A DNA stretch of 40,099 nucleotides from Candidatus Aenigmatarchaeota archaeon (GTDB lineage Archaea; Aenigmatarchaeota; Aenigmatarchaeia; CG10238-14; SpSt-28). This document shows positions 1 through 8,296 of this stretch, one piece after another. The notes beneath the pieces are model-generated. The model had not been told where the DNA came from and made no database searches. It saw only the letters and a list, made by a program, of their open reading frames with translations. Position 1 is the first letter of the stretch, and every line of letters starts with the position of its first letter. Where the stretch lies: positions 1 through 40,099 of the forward strand of contig JAVZSS010000002.1 of assembly GCA_044343155.1 (NCBI GenBank). The letters are read 5' to 3'. The position numbers and the translations under genes were made by a program.

Positions 1-268
1 CTTTATATTCTTGAACAAATCCAGCTATAACTGAAATAAATATTACAATAATAATTAGAATTGAATCCAAAAATTCCTCCCCTTTTAAATAGTTTAAAGA
101 AAAAGAAAAAATCGAAGCAAAAAACATTAATAAAATGAGTGGCGATTTGAATTGATTTAACAAAATTTCGAAAAAATTGATTTTCTTTTTTTCCTTAATT
201 TCGTTTTTTCCATAAACTTCTAATCTTTTTTTAGCTTCTTCAAAACTCAATCCAAAATATTTCTCCAT
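1..268 (-). CDS. P-type cation-transporting ATPase, N-terminal fragment (gene runs off the window start)
   Basis: Not in the ORF track because it is truncated. Minus-strand ATG at 266-268. My translation is MEKYFGLSFEEAKKRLEVYGKNEIKEKKKINFFEILLNQFKSPLILLMFFASIFSF... This fits the Cation_ATPase_N pattern (GLS..EA..RL..YG.N, then QF.SPL entering TM1) of type II P-type ATPases. Confidence 0.6.
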   Translation of the reverse strand, partial: MEKYFGLSFEEAKKRLEVYGKNEIKEKKKINFFEILLNQFKSPLILLMFFASIFSFSLNYLKGEEFLDSILIIIVIFISVIAGFVQEYK

Positions 269-299
269 TTTTCTTCTATAAATTCAAACATTATAAAAA

Positions 300-875
300 C
301 TACTTTAATAAAATTTTATCTATAAAATCATCAACTTTTTTCTTTAAATCGTCAAGAGTAGAATTATTTTCTATAAAAAAATTTGCCATATCCTTAATTT
401 TATCTAAGCCTAATCTCTTACTATCATTTTCATCCCTTTCTAAAAATTCTTCAAAACTTAAATTAAAATTGGGATCTTGCAATTTTCTTCTTTCGTATCT
501 TAATCTAACATCTGTTTCAACCCAAACCAAGTAAAAATTTTCTTTAAACGCATCTTTAAAAACTTCTACCTCATATCTACTTCTAAATCCAGTAACAACA
601 ACCCTTTCTGTATTTTCTTCCATAATTTTTTTAACTAAAAATCTTGCAAATATAGCTTCGTCATTATATTTCTTTCTTATAATAGCACCAACTTCACTTA
701 AAACTCTCTTTTTTTCCTCCAAACTCAAATTATTTTTCATCAAACCCATTCTTTTGGCCTCTTCTTCAATAACTTGGGAAAATTCTAAAATCGTAAAAGA
801 ATATTTTTCTTTCAAGTAATTTGCAATTTCTGTCTTTCCAGAAGCTGCAAAACCACTTAAACCTAGTATTAACAT
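300..875 (-). CDS. P-loop nucleotide/nucleoside kinase (CoaE / dNMP-kinase-like)
   Basis: N-terminal Walker A GLSGFAASGKT resembles the dephospho-CoA kinase GLTGGIGSGKS. It is a 191-aa single-domain protein. Substrate cannot be assigned from sequence. Confidence 0.5.
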   Translation of the reverse strand: MLILGLSGFAASGKTEIANYLKEKYSFTILEFSQVIEEEAKRMGLMKNNLSLEEKKRVLSEVGAIIRKKYNDEAIFARFLVKKIMEENTERVVVTGFRSRYEVEVFKDAFKENFYLVWVETDVRLRYERRKLQDPNFNLSFEEFLERDENDSKRLGLDKIKDMANFFIENNSTLDDLKKKVDDFIDKILLK

Positions 876-969
876 AATATCATATTAAATACTTAAATAA
901 AAATTAGATCTTATATCTTAGAGTAAAGAAAACTTTTTTAAACCATCAATCATAAATAAGAGTGGGGTC

Positions 970-2001
970 ATGTTTGAGAATAATGAAAATAGACCCTTTT
1001 CTATAAATGTATTAGCGACATATAATAACAGAGAAAACATATTTAAAACAGAAGAACTTCAAGCAATAGCAAAAATAGAATCAAGTGCAATGAAAGGAGC
1101 AAGAAAATATTGTGAAGAAAACGATTTCATTGAAATAATGGTTCCACATATAACTAAAGCAACAGGCTCTTGTGAAAATTTCCTAACAGTTTTTGAAGTA
1201 GATTATTTTGGAAAGAAAATGTATTTAACACAAACAGGTCAGTTATATTTAGAAGTTTTAACACCATTTTTAAAGAAAGTTTGGTGTGTAATTCATAGTT
1301 TTAGAGCAGAACAAGAAGTAGACAATAGGCATTTAACAGAATTTCCATTAATAGAATTGGAACTAGAAGGAAACTTTGAAGATCTGATAAAACATATAGA
1401 GGGGATAATATATTCTATGGTTTCAAAAGTAAAAGAGGAAAGAGAAAAAGAATTAAAAAAATTTGGAATAGATGAAGAATATCTTTCTATTTTCAAACCA
1501 CCATATAAAAGAATAACATATACAAATGCAATAGAGATTTTAAGAGAAGAAGGAATAGAAATAAGTTGGGGCGATGATATAAAAAGTAAACACGAAAAAA
1601 TTTTATTAGAGTATTTAGGAATGAAACCATTCTTTTTAACCCATTGGCCTGTACACTTAAAATTTTTTGATATGAAAGTTAATGAAGAAGATCCAAGAAT
1701 TGTTAATAGTTGTGACTTAATTCTACCATTTAGTGGAGAAGCTGTAGGTGGCTCAGAAAGAGAATATACATATGAAAGATTGAGAAAAAAGTTGGAAGAG
1801 TCACAAATGCTTAAATTAATTAAAGAAAGAGGAGGAAGAATAGAAGATTTTGACTGGTTTCTAAACTTTTACAAGTATAACAAAGCAAATCTTCATTGTG
1901 GATTTGGAGTAGGATTTAATAGAGTAATTCAATCAATATTAAAGCTACCAGACATAAGAATGTCTACAGTATTTCCATTAAATAAAGAAATGATTTATTA
2001 A
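970..2001 (+). CDS. Class IIb aminoacyl-tRNA-synthetase-like catalytic core without anticodon-binding domain (archaeal AsnA-type asparagine synthetase / AsnRS paralogue)
   Basis: Motif 2 FRAEQEVDNRHLTEFPLIELE, the GGSEREYTYE loop and motif 3 GFGVGFNRVIQ are present. At 343 aa the catalytic core starts near residue 30, so there is no N-terminal OB fold. Confidence 0.7.
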   Translation: MFENNENRPFSINVLATYNNRENIFKTEELQAIAKIESSAMKGARKYCEENDFIEIMVPHITKATGSCENFLTVFEVDYFGKKMYLTQTGQLYLEVLTPFLKKVWCVIHSFRAEQEVDNRHLTEFPLIELELEGNFEDLIKHIEGIIYSMVSKVKEEREKELKKFGIDEEYLSIFKPPYKRITYTNAIEILREEGIEISWGDDIKSKHEKILLEYLGMKPFFLTHWPVHLKFFDMKVNEEDPRIVNSCDLILPFSGEAVGGSEREYTYERLRKKLEESQMLKLIKERGGRIEDFDWFLNFYKYNKANLHCGFGVGFNRVIQSILKLPDIRMSTVFPLNKEMIY

Positions 2002-2061
2002 ATACAAAAATTTAAAAACTTAAGAGTTTTTGTTAGTTAAGAGTAGCTCAAAAATTTTCAA

Positions 2062-2466
2062 TTACACTCTCCTTCCTCTTCTTCCTCCTTTTCTTCTCAT
2101 AAATCCATGTATTATTGGAGTTACGTCTTCTATTAAACCTATTTTTAATCCAGCCTTAGCTAAAGCCCTAATTGCTGCTTGTGCTCCTGGACCAGGTATT
2201 TTGGTTTTAATCCCACCCGGAGCTCTAACTCTAATATGAACTCCAGTAATTCCTTTTTTCAGAGCCTCTTCTGCAGCTTTTTTAGCTGCTAGCATTGCGG
2301 GATAAGGCATTCCACCTTCTCTATCTTTATCTGTCATCATTCCACTAGAATATCTAGCTATAGTTTCTGCCCCACTTAAATCTGTAATATGAACTATAGT
2401 AGAATTTGGACTAGAAAAGATGTGAGCAACTCCCCATTTTTCTTTTTTTTCACTCATTTTTTTCAA
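2062..2466 (-). CDS. rps11: 30S ribosomal protein S11 (uS11)
   Basis: [27 protein letters not shown]... with a basic C-terminus GGRRGRRV. Last gene of the conserved S13-S4-S11 order. Confidence 0.95.
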   Translation of the reverse strand: MKKMSEKKEKWGVAHIFSSPNSTIVHITDLSGAETIARYSSGMMTDKDREGGMPYPAMLAAKKAAEEALKKGITGVHIRVRAPGGIKTKIPGPGAQAAIRALAKAGLKIGLIEDVTPIIHGFMRRKGGRRGRRV

Positions 2467-2920
2467 CCTTTATATTACATTCAATTTTATCTTCTTCATT
2501 TCTAGGAACTAAATAACTTGGATAGACAACCTTTCTCCCATTTACACTTACATGCCCATGAACTATAAATTGTCTAGCTTGCTTTATAGTATTTGCTAAA
2601 CCTTTTTTATAAACTATAGTTTGTAGTCTTCTATTTAATATATCCCTAACTGTTAAGCTTAAAACTGTATCCAGATTTGAATTCTCATCAATCAATCCCA
2701 ATCTATATAATTTATCTAACAGTATTTTTTCTTGCTCCTTATCTTTTATTGCATTTAATTTTCTAGCTAATCTTCTATATTTTCTAAGTATCTCCCTTGC
2801 TCTCCACAACTCTTTTTTTCTTCTTAATCCATATTCTATCATTAAATTCCTTTCTTCTTCTAATAAAGATTTATCCCAAACTCTTCTTGGTTTTTTATAT
2901 TTTTTTCTAAATCTTTTCAT
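2450..2920 (-). CDS. rps4: 30S ribosomal protein S4 (uS4)
   Basis: [13 protein letters not shown]-terminus and S4 RNA-binding domain [34 protein letters not shown]. Overlaps the S11 start by 17 nt. Confidence 0.95.
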   Translation of the reverse strand: MKRFRKKYKKPRRVWDKSLLEEERNLMIEYGLRRKKELWRAREILRKYRRLARKLNAIKDKEQEKILLDKLYRLGLIDENSNLDTVLSLTVRDILNRRLQTIVYKKGLANTIKQARQFIVHGHVSVNGRKVVYPSYLVPRNEEDKIECNIKVEKNE

Positions 2921-2925
2921 CTAGA

Positions 2926-3513
2926 TCACTTTTTCCCTTCTTTTTGTTGAGCGGCCAATTGTTTCATTTTCCCTCTTAAAACTCCAACTGTCCTACCTTT
3001 TCTAAAATGACTTCTTGTTTTTTGTCCTCTAACGGGCAAACCATACATATGTCTAAATCCTTTATAAGTTTTCAATTCAATTTCCCTTTTAATATCAAAA
3101 TTTTCGGCTATTTTTACATCAGGTCCAACTAAATGTCTATCTATTCCTAATTCTGGATCTCTTTTTCTATTATAAAGAAAAGATGGTATACCATACTTTT
3201 CCGGATTTTTCAAACAGTCCTCAATCTTTTCTATTTCTTCTTGAGTTAAGCTCCCCATTTTTCTTTTTGCATCTAAGCCAAGAACAGTTAAAACGGCTTT
3301 CGAAAAAGTATAACTAACACCCTTAATTCCAGTTAAACCATAAAGTAAATTTTTGTTAGCAATTAAATCTGTATTAAGAATTCTAACTATTCCTTCTATT
3401 TTTTTAGCTTTTTCTTCTTTTGGCTTTTTAACTTCCTTTTTTTCCTTAGCTTTTTCTTCTTTTTCCTTCAATTTTGCTTCATCCTTAGGTTTTGAAATTC
3501 CCATATTTATCAA
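2926..3513 (-). CDS. rps13: 30S ribosomal protein S13 (uS13) with a Lys/Glu-rich N-terminal extension
   Basis: The core IVRILNTDL...GIKGVS...FRHMYGLPVRGQKTRSHFRKGRTVGV is preceded by about 40 aa, KPKDEAKLKEKEEKAKEKKEVKKPKEEKAKK. Confidence 0.93.
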   Translation of the reverse strand: MINMGISKPKDEAKLKEKEEKAKEKKEVKKPKEEKAKKIEGIVRILNTDLIANKNLLYGLTGIKGVSYTFSKAVLTVLGLDAKRKMGSLTQEEIEKIEDCLKNPEKYGIPSFLYNRKRDPELGIDRHLVGPDVKIAENFDIKREIELKTYKGFRHMYGLPVRGQKTRSHFRKGRTVGVLRGKMKQLAAQQKEGKK

Positions 3514-3543
3514 ATTTTAATCTATTTTTTAAGTTTTTAACTT

Positions 3544-4146
3544 TTATAGTATTCTTTTTGCTAAGTATTTAGAAAGCTTATCTGCAATTACCATTCCCCT
3601 TGGATAAGAAAAATTTATACTTTTTAAAAATTCAACTAGACTTTCAAAATCTATGTTAGAACCTATACTAAAGTAATATTTTCCAACTTTTATCCCAACC
3701 TTCATATTATCAACATAAATAATATTATCAACTATATCTCCAAACAAATACTTTTTTGCTATTCCAATAGTTGGTTTTTTACTCATAACACCAACATAAG
3801 TTGCTAATCCGGCTTTTCTAGGATGAGATAAGCCGTGACCATCAACAATAATCAAATCATAATTTTCTTTTATATCTTTCAAAACTCTCAAAATAATTTT
3901 ACCCTCTCTTAAAAAAAGCAATCCAGGAATATAGGGAAATTTTACTCTTTCTTTTCTAAAATATACATTCAAAACCTCATCATTCTTTATATCAAACAAT
4001 ACACCAACACATATAGCATAATCTTTTTTATATGCGCTATCTACACATAAAACTTTTTCAATATTTTTAATTCCTTTAAACCTAACCCTTCTATATATTT
4101 TTTCTTGTATTTCAAAAAACTTTGATTTTTTTATATTTTCTTCCAT
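3544..4146 (-). CDS. nfi: Endonuclease V
   Basis: All signature blocks are present: CVDSAY, PYIPGLLFLREG, VDGHGLSHPRKAGLATYVGV, IGIAKKYL. Confidence 0.85.
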   Translation of the reverse strand: MEENIKKSKFFEIQEKIYRRVRFKGIKNIEKVLCVDSAYKKDYAICVGVLFDIKNDEVLNVYFRKERVKFPYIPGLLFLREGKIILRVLKDIKENYDLIIVDGHGLSHPRKAGLATYVGVMSKKPTIGIAKKYLFGDIVDNIIYVDNMKVGIKVGKYYFSIGSNIDFESLVEFLKSINFSYPRGMVIADKLSKYLAKRIL

Positions 4147-4314
4147 TTACTTACCATCACTTTCTAAAACCCATTTCAAAACCTTTATAGCCATATTAAA
4201 CTCATCTATATTTCTAATTCCAAATTCATTATACAACTCTATTTCAGTTTTAGCATTTAACAACTCCTTAAGTTTTTTCTCTATTTCTTCACTACTTCTC
4301 ACTTCAATTTTCAC
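4147..4314 (-). CDS. Possible small hypothetical protein (about 55 aa) abutting the nfi start
   Basis: The tRNA-free part of track ORF 4147..4389. An in-frame GTG at 4312-4314 gives VKIEVRSSEEIEKKLKELLNAKTEIELYNEFGIRNIDEFNMAIKVLKWVLESDGK. Its TAA (4147-4149) directly abuts the nfi ATG (4144-4146). No homology recognised and the start is uncertain. Confidence 0.25.
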   Translation of the reverse strand: MKIEVRSSEEIEKKLKELLNAKTEIELYNEFGIRNIDEFNMAIKVLKWVLESDGK

Positions 4315-4331
4315 CTCACTAAAACAAATCT

Positions 4332-4403
4332 TGGACCGGCCGGGATTTGAACCCGGAGCCTCCGCTTTGCAAGAGCGGCGATCTACCATTGATCTACCGG
4401 CCC
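4332..4403 (-). tRNA. tRNA-Ala (anticodon UGC)
   Basis: Reverse complement folds as a cloverleaf: GGGCCGG-TA-GATC-AATGGTA-GATC-G-CCGCT-CTTGCAA-AGCGG-AGGCT-CCGGG-TTCAAAT-CCCGG-CCGGTCC-A. The 7-bp acceptor stem carries G3:U70, the alanine identity pair. Anticodon loop is CU-UGC-AA. CCA is not encoded. Confidence 0.95.
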
Positions 4404-4431
4404 CTATATGAATATAAAGAAATGAGAAAAA

Positions 4432-5445
4432 TTAAATTTTTCTTCTACTAATCCTTTCTATATTTTCACAAGCTTGCCTAACATGGCAACCTTTGCATAC
4501 TCTTTCTTTATAATTAGGTAGTTTTGATTTAGGAGGAATTTTCTTAGAAGAATAGATTTTGAATATTTTAGAAACAAGTCTCATAAAATTTTCAACATCC
4601 TTCTTACTAATTTCTATTTTAACTAGGTTGTTTGTTTGAGAATAAAAAATATATGATTGTTTTATGTTTGTTCTAAAATAGCTACCCAACAATAAAGCTT
4701 CACCAATACTTTGAATTAAATGCTCCTTTTTTATTCTTCCCCTATATGAAGCATGTTTTATTTCAATTGGATAAACTTCATTTTCTTTAAAACCTATCAA
4801 ATCTATAGATCCGATCATTCCCAATTTAATACTTATTATTGTTCTTTCTGGAACAATAAAATCAAAATTTTCTTTTTTTATTTCTTCCCAAAACCTTTTG
4901 AGCATACTTTCCATTTCTTCCTCCTTAATCTGAATTAATCCTTCAAATCTTTTTAAACCATACTCTACACTTTCTCTAACCAAAATATTTTCTTCTTTTT
5001 TACCAAAATTTTCAACAAAATTTTTAATAGATAAATGCAAAGCTTCACCATCCCAAACTTTACCTATTTTTTCTTTTTCTTGCTTTGCCAAAACTATTTT
5101 TTCTAACCAAAGTCTTCTAGGACATTGAAAAAATTTTGCAATTTCCAATGGAGTAAGAAACGATTTAGAATTGTATGAGAATTTTCTTTTTACTAAAATT
5201 TTTGCCTCCTCTATAATTTCATCTTTAATCTCTTCTTTTATTTTAATTATTCCTCTATTTGCTTCTACTATTCCTTTAATATTTAAATGCTGTAGTATTA
5301 TGAAAAGATAATCCGTAGAAATTACATTTTCTTTTATAAATTCTTTTTCAATTTCAAATAGTTTTACTTCTTTTCCAATAAACTTCTTTAAAATTTCAAC
5401 TGTCTTTTTAAAACTTTCTTCATCAAATTCTACACTAAACCTCAT
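4432..5445 (-). CDS. Cas4-family (DUF83) PD-(D/E)xK nuclease with 4-Cys cluster and an N-terminal winged-helix-like extension
   Basis: N-terminal Cys motif FQCPRRLWLEK, GEALH, nuclease core GSIDLIGF...VYPIEIKHASY (D...ExK), Q-helix EHLIQSIGEALLLGSYF, and C-terminal CKGCHVRQAC (CxxCx5C). The first roughly 95 aa (..YLFIILQHLNIKGIVEANRGII..) look wHTH-like. Confidence 0.75.
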   Translation of the reverse strand: MRFSVEFDEESFKKTVEILKKFIGKEVKLFEIEKEFIKENVISTDYLFIILQHLNIKGIVEANRGIIKIKEEIKDEIIEEAKILVKRKFSYNSKSFLTPLEIAKFFQCPRRLWLEKIVLAKQEKEKIGKVWDGEALHLSIKNFVENFGKKEENILVRESVEYGLKRFEGLIQIKEEEMESMLKRFWEEIKKENFDFIVPERTIISIKLGMIGSIDLIGFKENEVYPIEIKHASYRGRIKKEHLIQSIGEALLLGSYFRTNIKQSYIFYSQTNNLVKIEISKKDVENFMRLVSKIFKIYSSKKIPPKSKLPNYKERVCKGCHVRQACENIERISRRKI

Positions 5446-5480
5446 TAAAATTCACCTATAAAAATTAAAATTTAACTTAT

Positions 5481-5642
5481 TTACTGATTCTTTTTAACCC
5501 ATTTTAATTTTTCTTTCTTTCTACCCATTAAATAGTACTTTTCACATTTTCTAGAGCAAAAATATAGTATTTCTCCGCTATTTTTTACAAAAATCTTACC
5601 AGTACCCTCTTTTATATTAGAATTACAAAAACTACATTTCAT
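5481..5642 (-). CDS. rpl24e: 50S ribosomal protein L24e (eL24)
   Basis: Below the ORF-track size cutoff. My translation is [53 protein letters not shown], with a C-x2-C...C-x3-C zinc ribbon. It follows S28e by 4 nt, completing the canonical L7Ae-S28e-L24e operon. Confidence 0.9.
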   Translation of the reverse strand: MKCSFCNSNIKEGTGKIFVKNSGEILYFCSRKCEKYYLMGRKKEKLKWVKKNQ

Positions 5643-5646
5643 ATTC

Positions 5647-5856
5647 TCACTTCTGTTCTAATTTCATTGCAGTTTCCATTTCTATTTCTCTAAGCATCAA
5701 TATATCTCCAACCCTAACAGGCCCAACAACATTTCTTATTAAAATTTTTCCTTTTTCAGCTCCCTCTATTAATCTACATCTTACTTGTCTTACCCCTTTT
5801 ACTCCAGAAGTACCTAATATTTCTATAACTTCTGCTGGATATGCATCTTTAGCCAT
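5647..5856 (-). CDS. rps28e: 30S ribosomal protein S28e (eS28)
   Basis: [51 protein letters not shown]. Directly abuts L7Ae. Confidence 0.93.
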   Translation of the reverse strand: MAKDAYPAEVIEILGTSGVKGVRQVRCRLIEGAEKGKILIRNVVGPVRVGDILMLREIEMETAMKLEQK

Positions 5857-6231
5857 CTATCTCACACTTTTAATTTTCTTTAATTCAGAAATTATTTCTT
5901 CCATCAATTTTGAACCTTCTCCAGGATTTATTATAGCAACTGAAGCGGCAGCTACATCTATACCTGCTGCTTTTCCTAAATCTTGCTTAGAATTAACATA
6001 AGCATATGGAACTCCCTTTTCTTCACATAAAGGAGGTAGGTGCATAACAATTTCTTCTGGCTCTACATCCATAGCAATTATAGCTAATTTAGCTTCTCCT
6101 CTATCTATAGCTTTTGTAGTTTCATTGGTCCCTTTTTTAATCTTACCAGTAGTTCTGGCTATTTCAACTAGCTGAAATACTTTTTTCATAAGTTCTTCAG
6201 GCATATTAAATTTTACATATGCTTTAGCCAT
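5857..6231 (-). CDS. rpl7ae: 50S ribosomal protein L7Ae (K-turn binding)
   Basis: [59 protein letters not shown] strong SD lies upstream. Confidence 0.95.
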   Translation of the reverse strand: MAKAYVKFNMPEELMKKVFQLVEIARTTGKIKKGTNETTKAIDRGEAKLAIIAMDVEPEEIVMHLPPLCEEKGVPYAYVNSKQDLGKAAGIDVAAASVAIINPGEGSKLMEEIISELKKIKSVR

Positions 6232-6234
6232 CTT

Positions 6235-6246
6235 ATCACCCCTCCT
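6235..6246 (-). promoter_or_regulatory. Shine-Dalgarno site of rpl7ae (AGGAGGGGTGAT)
   Basis: The reverse complement of 6235-6246 is AGGAGGGGTGAT, 3 nt upstream of the ATG at 6229-6231. It is complementary to the archaeal 16S 3' end consensus (..GAUCACCUCCU). Confidence 0.6.
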
Positions 6247-6286
6247 CTAAATTATTTTAATTGAATTTAAGTTTTTAAAAATTCTT

Positions 6287-7963
6287 CTATTTATGAGCAA
6301 AGTAAAAAAGCATTTCTTCTTTATTATCCAACCTACAAAAACCAATCCTATAAAACTGAACTATATCTCCCTCTCTAAGCTCTTTCAAAGAAGTTTCACC
6401 TAAACCTTCGATTTCTTTTCCATTTGGCATTAGAATTTTTATCTTAATATTTGGTTTAGAAATCCAATGCAATTTTGGAATATCATAAGGAACTTCTTCT
6501 TTAACAAATTTTGAATTTTCTTCTAATAAAATTGTAAACATTCCTATTAAAGCTACCTCCTTTCCCCTATATTTTTCAAAATCTTCTTTTTCAATATAGA
6601 TTTCATTTTCATCAATAAGTATTTCTCTTTCCCCCCTTTCTGGAAAATCAGGATGATACTTTATTTTTATTTTTTTAACGCTTTTATCTAAACTTATTCT
6701 TACTGGATTTAAAACACAAAAATATCTATTTGCGATTCTATCAATTATCTTTCTATTTTCAGCGTATAAAATTTCGATTGGCATTGTAATATCGGCTTCG
6801 CTTAAACCCAAATTTAATATAAAATTTCTTATAGCTTCTGGTTGGAATCCTCTTTTTCTTAAAGATTGTAAGCTCCAAGTTCTTGGATCGTCCCAACCTC
6901 TTAACTCTCCTGTTTGAATAAGCTTTCTACTTTTTGATTTGCTAAGCTTAGCTCCCTCTTCTTGCAACCTCAGCAAACCATAATGAACAAAATATGGTTT
7001 TCTCCATCCAAATATATCCCAAATAAAATCTTCCATCATATCTTCTATCACCAACTCTTTTCCTCTTAAAATATGTGTGACTCCAATTAGGTAATCATCG
7101 ATAGCCCAAGAAAATTCTAACATAGGCCAAACCTTATATTTTTTCCCAACTCGAGGATGTTCTCTTTCACAAATTCTAAGCAAAACTCTATCCCTAAAAG
7201 CTGGATTCGGATGCTTCATATCAGTTTTTAATCTAACTACTGCCTCTCCTTCTCTAAATTCTCCTTTAAGCATTTTTTCAAAAAGTACTAAATTTTCTTC
7301 TATTTTTCTACTTCTACAAGAACATTCAATTCCCAATCTTCTATTTTTTCTTATTTCTTCTTTATTACAAGTACAAACATATGCCTTTCCCATTTCTATT
7401 AGCTTTCTTCCGTATTCATAATAAATCTCCAACCTATCAGATTTATAATAAATTTCAGAATATTTTATACCAAGCCAGTCCAAACCTTCTTTAATCAATG
7501 AATAAGCATCTGGATCTATTGGTTTTTCTTCACTTCCTATTGTATCATCATAAAATAAAATAAGTTTACCGTTATATCTTTTAACATAATACTCGTTTAA
7601 AATAACCATCCTTGCATTACCAATATGTAATGGACCAGAAGGAAAAGGAGCTAGTCTCATAACCACTTTTCCTTCTTCAGCATTTGGCAATGGTGGCAAA
7701 ATTTCTTTTCTTTCTTCCTTTTTTATTTCTTCTATCCCAAGCTCTTTTATTTTCTTCTCAATTTCATCTAGACTAAAAGAATTAACCTCAAAAACAATTT
7801 TTTTTACAATTTCCATCAAATTTTTAACATCTTTTTTCAATTCTGGATATTCTAAAAAAACTTTCTTTATAACCGCATCCTCACTGGCTTTTCCAAATTT
7901 TTTTGCATTCAATAAAGCATATTTCTCTATTGTTTTTTCAATTTCCTCTTTACTAACATTCAT
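6287..7963 (-). CDS. gltX: Glutamyl-tRNA synthetase (archaeal/eukaryal-type class I)
   Basis: HIGH motif PSGPLHIGNARMV, KMSKS-type motif LSKSKS, and the WDDPR block (RGWDDPRTWSL). The 558-aa length is typical of archaeal GluRS. Confidence 0.9.
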   Translation of the reverse strand: MNVSKEEIEKTIEKYALLNAKKFGKASEDAVIKKVFLEYPELKKDVKNLMEIVKKIVFEVNSFSLDEIEKKIKELGIEEIKKEERKEILPPLPNAEEGKVVMRLAPFPSGPLHIGNARMVILNEYYVKRYNGKLILFYDDTIGSEEKPIDPDAYSLIKEGLDWLGIKYSEIYYKSDRLEIYYEYGRKLIEMGKAYVCTCNKEEIRKNRRLGIECSCRSRKIEENLVLFEKMLKGEFREGEAVVRLKTDMKHPNPAFRDRVLLRICEREHPRVGKKYKVWPMLEFSWAIDDYLIGVTHILRGKELVIEDMMEDFIWDIFGWRKPYFVHYGLLRLQEEGAKLSKSKSRKLIQTGELRGWDDPRTWSLQSLRKRGFQPEAIRNFILNLGLSEADITMPIEILYAENRKIIDRIANRYFCVLNPVRISLDKSVKKIKIKYHPDFPERGEREILIDENEIYIEKEDFEKYRGKEVALIGMFTILLEENSKFVKEEVPYDIPKLHWISKPNIKIKILMPNGKEIEGLGETSLKELREGDIVQFYRIGFCRLDNKEEMLFYFAHK

Positions 7964-8010
7964 AAGAATTATAAAAAGATTATATTTAAATAGCCCAATA
8001 AAATTTTCTT

Positions 8011-8295
8011 ATGAAAGAATATTTTCCACACGAAATATTTTTGAGATATAAACCTGCGAAACTACTTGTAACCTTGAGAGAAGGACCAAAAAATATAACA
8101 ATGGTCTCAAAAGCGGTTGATCTTACATATTCTCATACAATTAAAATTTTAGATTTACTTAATGAGTTAGGTATAGTTGAATTTGAAGAAAAGGGAAGAG
8201 TAAAAATAGTTAAATTAACAGACATAGGAGAAGATATAGCTAGAACTTTAGATTCTTTAATGAGTAAATTAAACAGGTTAAAGAAAAAACCTTAA
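8011..8295 (+). CDS. Small winged helix-turn-helix DNA-binding protein
   Basis: 94 aa. NITMVSKAVDLTYSHTIKILDLLNELGIVEFEEKGRVKIVKLTDIG shows an HTH plus beta-wing pattern (ArsR/TrmB/MarR-like). Subfamily not assignable. Confidence 0.55.
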   Translation: MKEYFPHEIFLRYKPAKLLVTLREGPKNITMVSKAVDLTYSHTIKILDLLNELGIVEFEEKGRVKIVKLTDIGEDIARTLDSLMSKLNRLKKKP

Positions 8296-8296
8296 A

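Noticed and set aside
1293-1496. Other nested antisense ORFs: 1293..1496, 2030..2239, 4753..4938, 11410..11604, 12741..12935, 14940..15224, 20964..21212, 28143..28382, 31177..31419, 32100..32372, 33292..33480, 33848..34033, 36227..36532, 39428..39700
   Set aside because: Each lies wholly within a better-supported gene on the opposite strand and has a shadow-ORF composition.
3394-3500. Apparent tandem repeats of aaagaa/gaagaa-type units (also 20415-20480 and 31450-31520)
   Set aside because: They are coding Lys/Glu-rich tails of S13, L14e and P1. The periodicity is codon-level low complexity, not a structural DNA repeat.
4315-4389. N-terminal part of track ORF 4147..4389 (MVDRRSCKAEAPGSNPGRS...)
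   Set aside because: It is the antisense-frame reading of the GC-rich tRNA-Ala gene (4332-4403), not a protein start.
4432-5445. CRISPR-Cas locus implied by the Cas4-like gene
   Set aside because: I found no direct-repeat/spacer array and no cas1, cas2 or effector genes anywhere in the 40 kb, so no CRISPR feature is reported.
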